From Geobacter sulfurreducens PCA (GTDB lineage Bacteria > Desulfobacterota > Desulfuromonadia > Geobacterales > Geobacteraceae): a DNA stretch of 32,000 nucleotides. The stretch's first letter is position 1; each line of letters starts with the position of its first letter. The DNA is taken from positions 1,230,001 to 1,262,000 of the forward strand of contig NC_002939.5 in NCBI RefSeq assembly GCF_000007985.2, read 5' to 3'. Positions 8,996 to 16,827 of the stretch are shown here, in pieces. Position numbers and translations under genes: made by a program. The notes under the pieces were generated by a model, which was given only the letters and a program-made list of their open reading frames with translations, did no database searches and was not told the DNA's origin.

Positions 8996-10970
8996 TCTCC
9001 AAGGGGACATAGTCGCTTCCATCCCCTGGCGGAAAAGCATTGCCGGGAAAATGGTCCTCATTTTCTGTTCCCTGTTCGCGGTTGTGTTGCTGGCGGTACA
9101 GTCGGTAGAGTTGTATGGGCTTCCGTACGGTCTGTTCAAGGGGAGCATTGAGGAAATGATCGACCAGGAGTTCGTGGCGCTCGGCACGGTTGCGGACACC
9201 AAAAAGATCCTGATCGAGTCGTGGCTCAAGGAGCGCCGGAGCGATGCCAGGATCGTTGCGGTCAATCCGGTGGTCAGGGCACTCATCAATATCCCAAACC
9301 CCTCTGCTGCGATGACTAAAACGGTGTCGACCTGGCTGGCGAGCCTGCTCGACACGTACCAGTATGAGTCGATCAGCATCGTTGATGCCGTGACCGGACT
9401 TCCGATCGCCTCTGCGGGGAATCATCCCCCAGGCCCTGTTACTCCTTATTCTTACCTTCAGACTGCTGCCCGTCCCGGAGTTGATGAGAGCATCATAATT
9501 GTCGGCACTCAGGATCGCATTCACGTGGTACGCCAGCTTGGCTACGAGCAGTCCGACCACGGGGAGCCGCGGGCGCTCCTTGTTATCGAGCTGAACACGG
9601 ACGCAGTGTTCAAGCCGATCCTCGCTACCCCTATGGCGACCCTGCTCGGCAAATCATGGGAGGTGATCCTGGCCGATTCTGCTTCAGGCCGTCTTATCCA
9701 GCGCATGGCCGCTGACTCGGATTCGCCGGTGCCGGCAACGATTCGGGATAATGCCCTGCAACTGGCCCAGGGTGGGAGCGAGGGAACCATTATCGACACC
9801 GATTACCGGAACGTTCCGGTTCTTGCCGCCTACCGCCACATACCACTGTCGGCAGACAGTTCCTGGGGGCTCGTCATCAAAAAGGACAAAGCCGAAGTCC
9901 TTGCCCCGGCCCACAGAAACCGTCAGGTGTTTCTGTGGTTCAGCTTGTTCGGCATCTTCATAGTGTGCCTTATCTCGCTGATTATTTCGCGGGCATTGAC
10001 GGGGCCGCTGCGAATGATCATGAGCACGAGCGCGGAGATCGAAAGCGGCAACCTGTCGGCCCGGGTACCTGTTCTTGGGTCGGACGAACTGGCCGACCTC
10101 GGCCGAACCTTCAATGCCATGGTTGACCAACTCCAGGCCTGGCATGAAGAACTGGACGCGAGGGTTCTTGTCCAGACAGAGGAAATCAGGGCAATAAATG
10201 AAGATCTCGAGCGCCGTGTCGCTGCAAGGACGGAAGAGCTGCAGGCAGCCCTCAAGGATATGGAGTCGTTTTCCTATAGCATTTCCCATGACCTGCGCGC
10301 CCCATTGCGGGCCATCGACGGGTTTTGCGGGATCCTGAATGAAGAGTTCCGGGAGCGGTTGCCGGAAGAGGCCGGGAAGTACCTTGTCCGCATGTCTCAC
10401 AATGCCCGACGCATGGGGCAGCTCATAGACGACCTGCTGGCCTTTTCGCGTCTTTCGCGCCAGCCGCTCGAGCGTGAAACGGTTGATATGGGTCTGCTGT
10501 TCAGAGAGGTGTTCGAGTCGCTGATGTCCGATGGAGAACCGCGAAACGTTGTGTTCGAGGTGGCGCCGCTGCCGCAGTGCCAAGCCGACCCCAAGCTGTT
10601 GAGGCAAGTGGTAATCAATCTGCTGAGTAATGCTCTTAAGTTCAGCGGGGGGCGCTCACCGGCGAACATTGCGGTGACCAGCCGCAGTGTGGATGGCGAG
10701 ACGGTCTACTCGGTGACCGACAATGGCGTCGGTTTTGATCATGCCTACGCGGATAAACTGTTCGGCGTCTTCCAGCGCTATCACAAGAGCGAGGAGTTTG
10801 AGGGGACCGGCGTGGGGCTCGCCATCGTCCACAACATTATTCAACGTCACGGGGGACGGGTATGGGCGGAGTCGGAACCCGGCAAGGGAGCGACCTTTTC
10901 CTTTACGATTGGTAGTGAAGTGAGTGGGGAAGCGGCACCCGGGTGGAGCGGAGACGGGCGCACGGCATAA
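8985..10970 (+). CDS. Sensor histidine kinase (TM, periplasmic Cache-like domain, TM, HAMP, coiled coil, HisKA, HATPase_c)
   Basis: TM1 is MVLIFCSLFAVVLLAV. The periplasmic region of about 290 aa ends in a Cache-like signature (DYRNVPVLAAYRHIPLSADSSWGLVIKKDKAEVLAP). TM2 is VFLWFSLFGIFIVCLISLII, then a HAMP (LTGPLRMIM...ESGNLSARVP...LGRTFNAMVDQL). H-box is FSYSISHDLRAPLRAI, N-box LLSNALKF, G1 DNGVGF, G2 GTGVGLAI. ATG 8985 overlaps the SBP stop by 11 nt; ATG 9049 is an alternative start. Confidence 0.88.
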   Translation: MRRNLQGDIVASIPWRKSIAGKMVLIFCSLFAVVLLAVQSVELYGLPYGLFKGSIEEMIDQEFVALGTVADTKKILIESWLKERRSDARIVAVNPVVRALINIPNPSAAMTKTVSTWLASLLDTYQYESISIVDAVTGLPIASAGNHPPGPVTPYSYLQTAARPGVDESIIIVGTQDRIHVVRQLGYEQSDHGEPRALLVIELNTDAVFKPILATPMATLLGKSWEVILADSASGRLIQRMAADSDSPVPATIRDNALQLAQGGSEGTIIDTDYRNVPVLAAYRHIPLSADSSWGLVIKKDKAEVLAPAHRNRQVFLWFSLFGIFIVCLISLIISRALTGPLRMIMSTSAEIESGNLSARVPVLGSDELADLGRTFNAMVDQLQAWHEELDARVLVQTEEIRAINEDLERRVAARTEELQAALKDMESFSYSISHDLRAPLRAIDGFCGILNEEFRERLPEEAGKYLVRMSHNARRMGQLIDDLLAFSRLSRQPLERETVDMGLLFREVFESLMSDGEPRNVVFEVAPLPQCQADPKLLRQVVINLLSNALKFSGGRSPANIAVTSRSVDGETVYSVTDNGVGFDHAYADKLFGVFQRYHKSEEFEGTGVGLAIVHNIIQRHGGRVWAESEPGKGATFSFTIGSEVSGEAAPGWSGDGRTA

Positions 10971-11042
10971 GGTGCCTTGATGTTTCGTCGATAAAGGGTT
11001 AAGCTTGGCCCAAGCACGGCGTATACATGGTGGAGTGAACAT

Positions 11043-12278
11043 ATGGCGGAAGAAAAGTTTTTTCTGGGCAGACAACCAATCCTTGATCGGGAGCAACGGC
11101 TCTACGGCTTCGAACTTCTGTTCCGGTCAGCCGACTCTCTCCATGCCAATGTGACCGACTATCTCCAGGCCAGCGCCAGCGTCATTTTCGATGCGCTCTC
11201 CAGTTTCGGCTTCCGCGAGATTCTCGGCAAGCACAAGGGGTTTATCAACGTCAACGCCGATGTCCTCATGAGCGAGGCACTGGAGCTTCTTCCTCCCGAA
11301 AAGGTGGTCATCGAGCTTCTGGAGCATGTGCCGATTACCGAAACCGTTATCAGCCGTTGCCACGAGTTGCGAGAGAAGGGTTTTTCCCTGGCCCTTGACG
11401 ACCATATTTACGAACCGGTTTATGAACCACTCTACCATCTCGTCGATGTGATCAAGGTTGACCTGTTCAGAACCGGCATGGAAAACCTTGCCTCGGAAGT
11501 GGAAACCCTGAGGAAGTGGAACACCAAGCTCCTGGCCGAAAAGGTGGAGACGGTGGAACAGTACGAGCGATGCGCCGACCTCGGCTTTACCTATTTCCAG
11601 GGCTACTATTTCGCCCGCCCGGTGGTGCTCACCCGCACCCGTGTCGACGTGGGGCGGCTGGCTATCGTCAAGCTTTTCAACCAGTTGGTGGCGGAGGTTG
11701 AACTGGGCGAACTGGAGGAGACCTTCAAGCAGAACCCGAATCTGGTCCTCAATCTCCTGCGACTCGTTAATTCCGTCGCCGTTGGCCTTAAGGACAGGAT
11801 CACCTCGCTTCGCCACGCGATCATGGTGCTCGGCTACCACCAGTTGCGGCGCTGGGCCATGATGGCGCTCTTCGCCAACAACGCCCAGGGGGGAGGGGAC
11901 AACCCTCTGCTGGTCATGGCTGCTACCCGTGCCCGTCTCATGGAACTCATCATCTCGGAGCAGCCCGCTGCCCGGCTGGATCGGGACTACCCCGACCGCG
12001 CCTTCATGACCGGTATCCTGTCCTTGGCCGACGCCCTGCTCAAGGTATCCATGGACGAGGTCCTTGCCCCTCTCAATCTGGATAACGACGTGCGGGAAGC
12101 TCTGCTTTCCCGGACCGGGGAACTGGGAGAGCTCCTTACCTTGGTGGAGAAGATCGAAAAGGACGATTTCGAGAACATCGCTTCCAGCTTTGAGCAGTTC
12201 CAGCTCTCCATGGAGCGTCTCGCCCCTGTCCAGATGGATGCCTGCAACTGGGCAACCCAACTGGGCGAAGTCGCCTGA
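11043..12278 (+). CDS. EAL-domain (c-di-GMP phosphodiesterase-type) plus HDOD-domain signalling protein
   Basis: GGTGGAG lies 7 nt before the ATG. EAL-family landmarks are all present: RQPILDREQRLYGFELLFR, INVN, VIELLEHV (ExxE), LALDD, IKVD, LAEKVET, FQGYYFARP. The C-terminal half matches the HDOD pattern (NPNLVLNLLRLVNSVAVGLKDRITSLRHAIMVLGYHQLRRW). Confidence 0.85.
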   Translation: MAEEKFFLGRQPILDREQRLYGFELLFRSADSLHANVTDYLQASASVIFDALSSFGFREILGKHKGFINVNADVLMSEALELLPPEKVVIELLEHVPITETVISRCHELREKGFSLALDDHIYEPVYEPLYHLVDVIKVDLFRTGMENLASEVETLRKWNTKLLAEKVETVEQYERCADLGFTYFQGYYFARPVVLTRTRVDVGRLAIVKLFNQLVAEVELGELEETFKQNPNLVLNLLRLVNSVAVGLKDRITSLRHAIMVLGYHQLRRWAMMALFANNAQGGGDNPLLVMAATRARLMELIISEQPAARLDRDYPDRAFMTGILSLADALLKVSMDEVLAPLNLDNDVREALLSRTGELGELLTLVEKIEKDDFENIASSFEQFQLSMERLAPVQMDACNWATQLGEVA

Positions 12279-12309
12279 CCACGCCCAGCCGGACGTTATT
12301 CCATAAGCC

Positions 12310-12338
12310 TTGACTTTGCCGCTGCATGGCTCTATTCT
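12310..12338 (+). promoter_or_regulatory. Sigma70-like promoter (TTGACT-N17-TATTCT) upstream of the hpnJ-like gene
   Basis: -35 TTGACT at 12310-12315, a 17-nt spacer, and -10 TATTCT at 12333-12338. It lies about 50 nt upstream of ATG 12388, in a 109-nt intergenic gap. Confidence 0.45.
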
Positions 12339-12387
12339 GCCAGTTTATTCATGCGGATATGTCAGTCCCGCGCGCAGAGGAGCATCC

Positions 12388-13815
12388 ATGAAGCCCCTGT
12401 TTCTCAACCCCCCAACCTACGAAGATTTCGACGGCGGCGCTGGCGCCCGCTACCAGGCCTCCCGTGAGGTAACCTCCTTCTGGTATCCCACGTGGCTCTG
12501 CTTTCCGGCCGGTATGATCGAAGGATCCCGCGTGGTGGACGCGCCGGTGCAGCGCTTCGATCTGGACGCCTGTCTCGCCATTGCCGCTGAGTATGACATG
12601 GTGGTGATGTATACTTCCACCCCCACGCTTTCCCTGGACATCGAAACCGCCCACCGGATCAAGGAGCGCAAGCCGGCTACGGTGACTGTCCTGACCGGCC
12701 CCCACGTGACGGTCCTCCCGGAAGAGTCGCTCCGGCAGGGGGAAGGGGTCATAGATATCGTCTGCCGCGGCGAGTTCGACTATACCACCAAAGAACTCTG
12801 CGAAGGGCGCGAGTGGGAAAAGGTCGACGGGATCAGCTTCTGGAAAAACGGCGCCATCCACCATACCCCCGACCGTCCCCCAATTCAGGACCTGGACGCG
12901 CTACCGTTCGTGGCACCGGTTTACAAGCGGGATTTGCCGATTGCCGAGTATGTCATCCCCCACTTCAAGAACCCCTACGTATCCATCTACTCCAGCCGCG
13001 GCTGTCCGTCCAAGTGTATCTACTGTCTCTGGCCCCAGACCTTTTCCGGGCGCGCCATGCGGACCCGCAGCCCCCAAAACGTCTACGAAGAGGTGAAATG
13101 GATCGTCGACAACATCCCCGAGATGCGTGAGCTCTCCTTTGACGACGATACGTTCACCGCGGACCGGCGCCATGCCCGGGAAGTGGCGGCCAAACTGAAG
13201 CCGCTGGGCATCTCGTGGACCATCAACGCCCGGGCCAATTGCGACTACGAGACCCTCAAGATCATGCGCGAGGCGGGTCTGCGCCACGTGGTCGTCGGCT
13301 ACGAGACGGGGAACGAGCAGATCCTGAAGAACATCAAGAAAGGGGTCACCAAGGAGCAGGCCATCGAGTTCACCAGGAACTGCAAGAAGCTTGGTCTCTC
13401 CGTGCACGGCGCCTTCATCATGGGGCTCCCCGGTGAGACGCGGGACACCATCAGGGAGACCATCGAGTTCGCCAAGGCCCTGGATCTCAACTCCATTCAG
13501 GCCTCCCTGGCCTCGCCCTATCCGGGCACCGAGTTCTGGGACCTGTGCCGGCAGGAGGGATGGATCGCCTCCGACGCCTACATTGACGATACGGGCCACC
13601 AGATGTGCGTCATCAACTATCCCCACCTCTCCAATGCGGAGATCTTCAATGCCGTGGAGGAGTTCTACGACAAGTTCTACTTCCGCCCCAAGTTTATTCT
13701 CCGGACGGTCATGAAGATGATCACCGACGGCGAAGAGCGTCGCAAGCGGCTAAAGGAAGGGAAACAGTATCTGGAATACATGAAAAAACGCAAGGCCGCG
13801 GGCCATTCCTGCTGA
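12388..13815 (+). CDS. hpnJ: B12-binding-domain radical SAM protein, hopanoid biosynthesis-associated HpnJ-like
   Basis: GAGGAG lies 5 nt before ATG 12388; the track's TTG 12310 start overlaps the putative promoter. The N-terminus MKPLFLNPPTYEDFDGGAGARYQASREVTSFWYPTWL matches my recollection of the HpnJ family N-terminus. A Rossmann-like B12-binding region follows. The radical SAM cluster motif CPSKCIYC (CxxxCxxC) is present. It is followed by a YdjC/HpnK-like gene. Confidence 0.65.
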   Translation: MKPLFLNPPTYEDFDGGAGARYQASREVTSFWYPTWLCFPAGMIEGSRVVDAPVQRFDLDACLAIAAEYDMVVMYTSTPTLSLDIETAHRIKERKPATVTVLTGPHVTVLPEESLRQGEGVIDIVCRGEFDYTTKELCEGREWEKVDGISFWKNGAIHHTPDRPPIQDLDALPFVAPVYKRDLPIAEYVIPHFKNPYVSIYSSRGCPSKCIYCLWPQTFSGRAMRTRSPQNVYEEVKWIVDNIPEMRELSFDDDTFTADRRHAREVAAKLKPLGISWTINARANCDYETLKIMREAGLRHVVVGYETGNEQILKNIKKGVTKEQAIEFTRNCKKLGLSVHGAFIMGLPGETRDTIRETIEFAKALDLNSIQASLASPYPGTEFWDLCRQEGWIASDAYIDDTGHQMCVINYPHLSNAEIFNAVEEFYDKFYFRPKFILRTVMKMITDGEERRKRLKEGKQYLEYMKKRKAAGHSC

Positions 13816-13825
13816 TTCCGACCCC

Positions 13826-14692
13826 ATGAAACGCGTCATCATCAATGCAGACGATTTCGGCCTCTCCGACGGGGTCAACCGCGCCGTCATCAAGGCATGG
13901 CAGGAGGGAATCCTCACCTCGGCCTCGCTCATGGTGGGGGGCGACGCATTCCACGAGGCGGTCCATTTGGCAAAGGCCAACCCGGGACTCCACGTGGGGC
14001 TCCACCTGACCCTCGTTCAAGGGCGGGCAGTGGGGGAGCACGGCGGTTTCCCCTCCATCTGCGACAGCAAGGGGGCTTTCAGCGACGATCCGGTCCAGAC
14101 GGGGATGCGCTATTTCTTCATCCGCTCGTTCCGCAAGCAACTCTATCGTGAGATCGAGGCCCAGATCGTCCGTTTTCTCCAGACCGGCCTGCCGCTCTCT
14201 CATGTGGACGGCCACCTGAACATCCATATGCACCCGGTGGTCTTCGACCTCCTTTGCGGGCTCATGCGCAAGCACGGCATCACCACCTTCCGCCTCTGTC
14301 GGGAAAACCTGCGGGCAAACCTTACCCTGGATCGGGAACGCAGGTTCGGCAAGATGGTGGACGCCTTTATCTTCTCGAAGCTCGCCGGCCGGTGCCGGCC
14401 CATTCTCGACCACCTGGGCATCGGCTATGCGCAGGAGGTGAAGGGGCTCCTCAATTCGGGCCGAATGACCGAGGAGTACCTGCTTCGGGTGCTCGATACC
14501 CTTGAAGACGGAACCACGGAGCTCTACTTTCATCCCGGCTGCCTCCCCTGCGCCGAGATTACGCGCCGGATGCCGGACTACCGGCACGAGGAGGAACTGG
14601 CGGCTCTCATGAGCCCCCGGGTCAAGGGGCGTCTGAAGGAGCTCGGCATAGAGCTCGGCAACTACCGGGGAGAGGTCAAGACCTATGTTTAA
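13826..14692 (+). CDS. hpnK: YdjC-family carbohydrate deacetylase, hopanoid-associated HpnK-like
   Basis: YdjC-family N-terminus MKRVIINADDFGLSDGVNRAV...LTSASLMV plus HVGLHLTL and HVDGHLNIHMHP metal-site-like motifs. It lies 10 nt downstream of the hpnJ-like stop. Confidence 0.65.
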   Translation: MKRVIINADDFGLSDGVNRAVIKAWQEGILTSASLMVGGDAFHEAVHLAKANPGLHVGLHLTLVQGRAVGEHGGFPSICDSKGAFSDDPVQTGMRYFFIRSFRKQLYREIEAQIVRFLQTGLPLSHVDGHLNIHMHPVVFDLLCGLMRKHGITTFRLCRENLRANLTLDRERRFGKMVDAFIFSKLAGRCRPILDHLGIGYAQEVKGLLNSGRMTEEYLLRVLDTLEDGTTELYFHPGCLPCAEITRRMPDYRHEEELAALMSPRVKGRLKELGIELGNYRGEVKTYV

Positions 14693-15065
14693 AACAGTAA
14701 TCATTATGCTCATGGCTGTGTCGGCCGGTACCATCGGCGACATCCTCCTCGCCAAGGGGATGAAGGAACTCGGTGACCTGTCGGCCATGAACCTGCGGGG
14801 TATCCTCAATGTAGCCGGGCAGGCCCTTACCTCGCCGAAGCTGATTTTCGGCACCGCCATGCTGGCGATCTTCTTCTTCCTCTGGCTAGCGGTCCTCTCC
14901 TGGGAAGACCTGTCCGTTGCCCTCCCCATGCAGGCCCTCAATTACGTCCTCGTGGCGTTCCTTTCCCAGTGGTTTCTCGGCGAGACCGTTTCTCCTCTTC
15001 GCTGGACCGGCACGATTATGGTCTGCGTCGGAGTCATGCTGATCACGAAAAGCGGAACCCCCTGA
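14685..15065 (+). CDS. Small four-TM EamA-domain (DMT superfamily) membrane protein
   Basis: 126 aa with four hydrophobic segments (VIIMLMAVSAGTIGDILL, LIFGTAMLAIFFFLWLAVL, ALNYVLVAFLSQWFL, WTGTIMVCVGVMLI). Its size and topology resemble half-size DMT/ArnE-ArnF-type proteins. The start overlaps the hpnK-like stop (ATGTTTAA). Confidence 0.7.
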   Translation: MFKTVIIMLMAVSAGTIGDILLAKGMKELGDLSAMNLRGILNVAGQALTSPKLIFGTAMLAIFFFLWLAVLSWEDLSVALPMQALNYVLVAFLSQWFLGETVSPLRWTGTIMVCVGVMLITKSGTP

Positions 15066-15086
15066 TGGGAGAGAATGCTTCATACG

Positions 15087-15124
15087 CAACGAAAAAGGGA
15101 GCCCTGCGGCTCCCTTTTTCGTTG
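15087..15124. terminator. Bidirectional rho-independent terminator between the convergent EamA-like gene and tpsB
   Basis: Perfect 17-bp inverted repeat CAACGAAAAAGGGAGCC-ctgc-GGCTCCCTTTTTCGTTG. The GC-rich stem core GGGAGCC/GGCTCCC is flanked by an A-tract and a T-tract, so a T-run follows the hairpin on both strands. Confidence 0.85.
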
Positions 15125-15142
15125 TAGGACGGTCTCCGTTTC

Positions 15143-16819
15143 TCAGAGAATTTCGGAGCTGAGGGAGAAGTGAACCCTGACAGTCCCCGGATCGGGATCG
15201 CGTTCACCAACGGGGAAGCCGAAGTCGATCCGTCCCGTGAGATACTTGGCCAGATTCAGGATGAAGCCGAAGCCGGCGCTGGAGAGAAAATCATTGTGAT
15301 CGATGGATTCGCCGCTTCCCTTGTACGGAAAGGCGCCGCCGTGATCGAAGAAGATCGCTCCCCTGAGCAGGGGGCTAAGCCGGACATCGTAGACGGATGC
15401 GTCTGCCGGGAAGAGGGGAAGGGTCAGTTCCGCACTGACGAAGTAGCCGTCGTCGCCGATGAGGAGTCCCTCGTAGAACCCCCTGACAGTGGCTATGCCG
15501 CCGAGCTGAAATTGTTCGGAAGAGGGGAGCAGGTGATTGCCAGATACCTGGCCGCTTGCCCGCACCAGGGCCGAAAAATCGTCAGGCAGAATGAAAGTCC
15601 TGACCAGATCTCCATTGTATTTGAAAAAGCTCCGGTCGCCGCCGAAGTCGTGGAATCCCTGGGTAAGGACGTGCCGGGTGAACCAGGTGCCGTAGCCGTC
15701 GATGGCAAGCAGGTCACCACCCAGGGTAAGGGTCCTGGTTCTGTTTTCGAAGATGGTGTCGCCGCCGAAGTCTGTGGTCGATTTTTTCCAGTTGAACCCG
15801 GCAAAAGTGGTGACGCTCAGGGCTGGACTGAGTGCAAAGGGCTGACTGAGAGTGAGTCCCAGGTCGGAAGAGGTCCCATCCACGTCAAGTGACTCGAAGG
15901 GCCCCGAAGTAATCCAGATACTGGTGTAGTCGTAGGTGACGCCGAGCCGGGTACCGACCGGGGTGAGGGGGAGGCTGTATGAAGCATGAGCAGAGAGGGT
16001 GCCGTCCGCCACGGTCCCCCCGACGGTGAGGGGATCACGAATCCCCAGCAGGCTCAGGTCCTGCAGAGTGAGCCCCAGCCGCTCCTGGCCGATGTACCTG
16101 CCTCCTCCATTGTCGGCGAAAGCTACCACGCGGTAGTTGTCGGGCTCCTGAGTCCTGAGGATCAGGTCGGTGGTGCCGGTGGCTGTGCCCGGCTTGACCT
16201 CTGCCCGAAGCTTGACGTCGTTGATGGCATTGAAACGGAAGAGGTCGTTTTCGAGGGTGTCCAGCCGGACCAGGTCCCCCTCCCGAAGGTGCAGTCGTGA
16301 CGTAACGAACCAGTCCCGGGTATGGCGATTGCCCCCAACCGAGATCCTGCCGACGCGTCCCTCCACCAGCCTGATCCTGACCGTTCCCCTCTCAACCTTT
16401 TGCGGAGGAAGCACGGCGCGGGCGGTCAGGTATCCTTTCTGGCGATAGAGATCATTGATCCTGTCCACCATTGCCAGCAACTCGCGGATACTCACCTCCT
16501 TTCCCTCCAGTGGGGCGACGACCTGCCGCAGATCATCTTCCGTGAGAATTTCCGAGGGATCGGTGACGATATGGCTGATGAACACCCGCTGGCCGCCGTC
16601 GGCCGGAGGCTGTGGCGCCGGCTCGGTCCGGTCGGTAACCGCCTCCTCCGGGCGTGACTCCCGCGACTCCTTCAGTCTCTGCTGCAGCTCGTAGTAGTCC
16701 CGGACGTCGGACTCGCGTTTCATGACGGCACCGGCCTCGCTTCCCCGCAGGTCCTGGGCGTGAGCCGGGGCAGACAGGCAGGCGAGCAGTGCTGCGGTAA
16801 AGATCGTGGTCGTTTTCAT
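15143..16819 (-). CDS. TpsB outer-membrane transporter (ShlB/FhaC/HecB family, POTRA plus beta-barrel)
   Basis: Signal peptide MKTTTIFTAALLACLSAPAHA|QD. POTRA-like region (IRELLAMVDRINDLYRQKGYLTARAVLPPQKVERGTVRIRLVEGRVGRISVGGN). Conserved loop-6 type motif GGIATVRGF, then beta-strand-rich alternating sequence to the C-terminus. AGGGGA Shine-Dalgarno overlaps the tpsA stop codon, with 8 nt between the genes. Confidence 0.9.
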   Translation of the reverse strand: MKTTTIFTAALLACLSAPAHAQDLRGSEAGAVMKRESDVRDYYELQQRLKESRESRPEEAVTDRTEPAPQPPADGGQRVFISHIVTDPSEILTEDDLRQVVAPLEGKEVSIRELLAMVDRINDLYRQKGYLTARAVLPPQKVERGTVRIRLVEGRVGRISVGGNRHTRDWFVTSRLHLREGDLVRLDTLENDLFRFNAINDVKLRAEVKPGTATGTTDLILRTQEPDNYRVVAFADNGGGRYIGQERLGLTLQDLSLLGIRDPLTVGGTVADGTLSAHASYSLPLTPVGTRLGVTYDYTSIWITSGPFESLDVDGTSSDLGLTLSQPFALSPALSVTTFAGFNWKKSTTDFGGDTIFENRTRTLTLGGDLLAIDGYGTWFTRHVLTQGFHDFGGDRSFFKYNGDLVRTFILPDDFSALVRASGQVSGNHLLPSSEQFQLGGIATVRGFYEGLLIGDDGYFVSAELTLPLFPADASVYDVRLSPLLRGAIFFDHGGAFPYKGSGESIDHNDFLSSAGFGFILNLAKYLTGRIDFGFPVGERDPDPGTVRVHFSLSSEIL

Positions 16820-16827
16820 GTCATCCC

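Noticed and set aside
10971-11042. Possible sigma54 promoter (TGGCCC-N5-CGGC) and a short palindrome GCTTGGcCCAAGC between the kinase and the EAL-HDOD gene.
   Set aside because: Only the GG and GC dinucleotides fit the -24/-12 consensus, and the rest deviates. The palindrome leaves a 1-nt loop and has no T-run, so it is neither a credible terminator nor a clear operator.
215-14941. Long antisense or alternative-frame ORFs over the plus-strand genes. Examples are 5656-6930(-) 424 aa, 13721-14941(-) 406 aa, 11127-12260(-) 377 aa, 4024-5043(-) 339 aa, 9684-10607(-) 307 aa, 2608-3372(-) 254 aa and 12901-13626(-) 241 aa.
   Set aside because: Each lies opposite a gene with unambiguous family motifs (CheB, HpnK-like, EAL-HDOD, CheR, histidine kinase, MCP, radical SAM). 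Each has the biased Arg/Gly/Pro/His-rich composition typical of GC-rich shadow ORFs.
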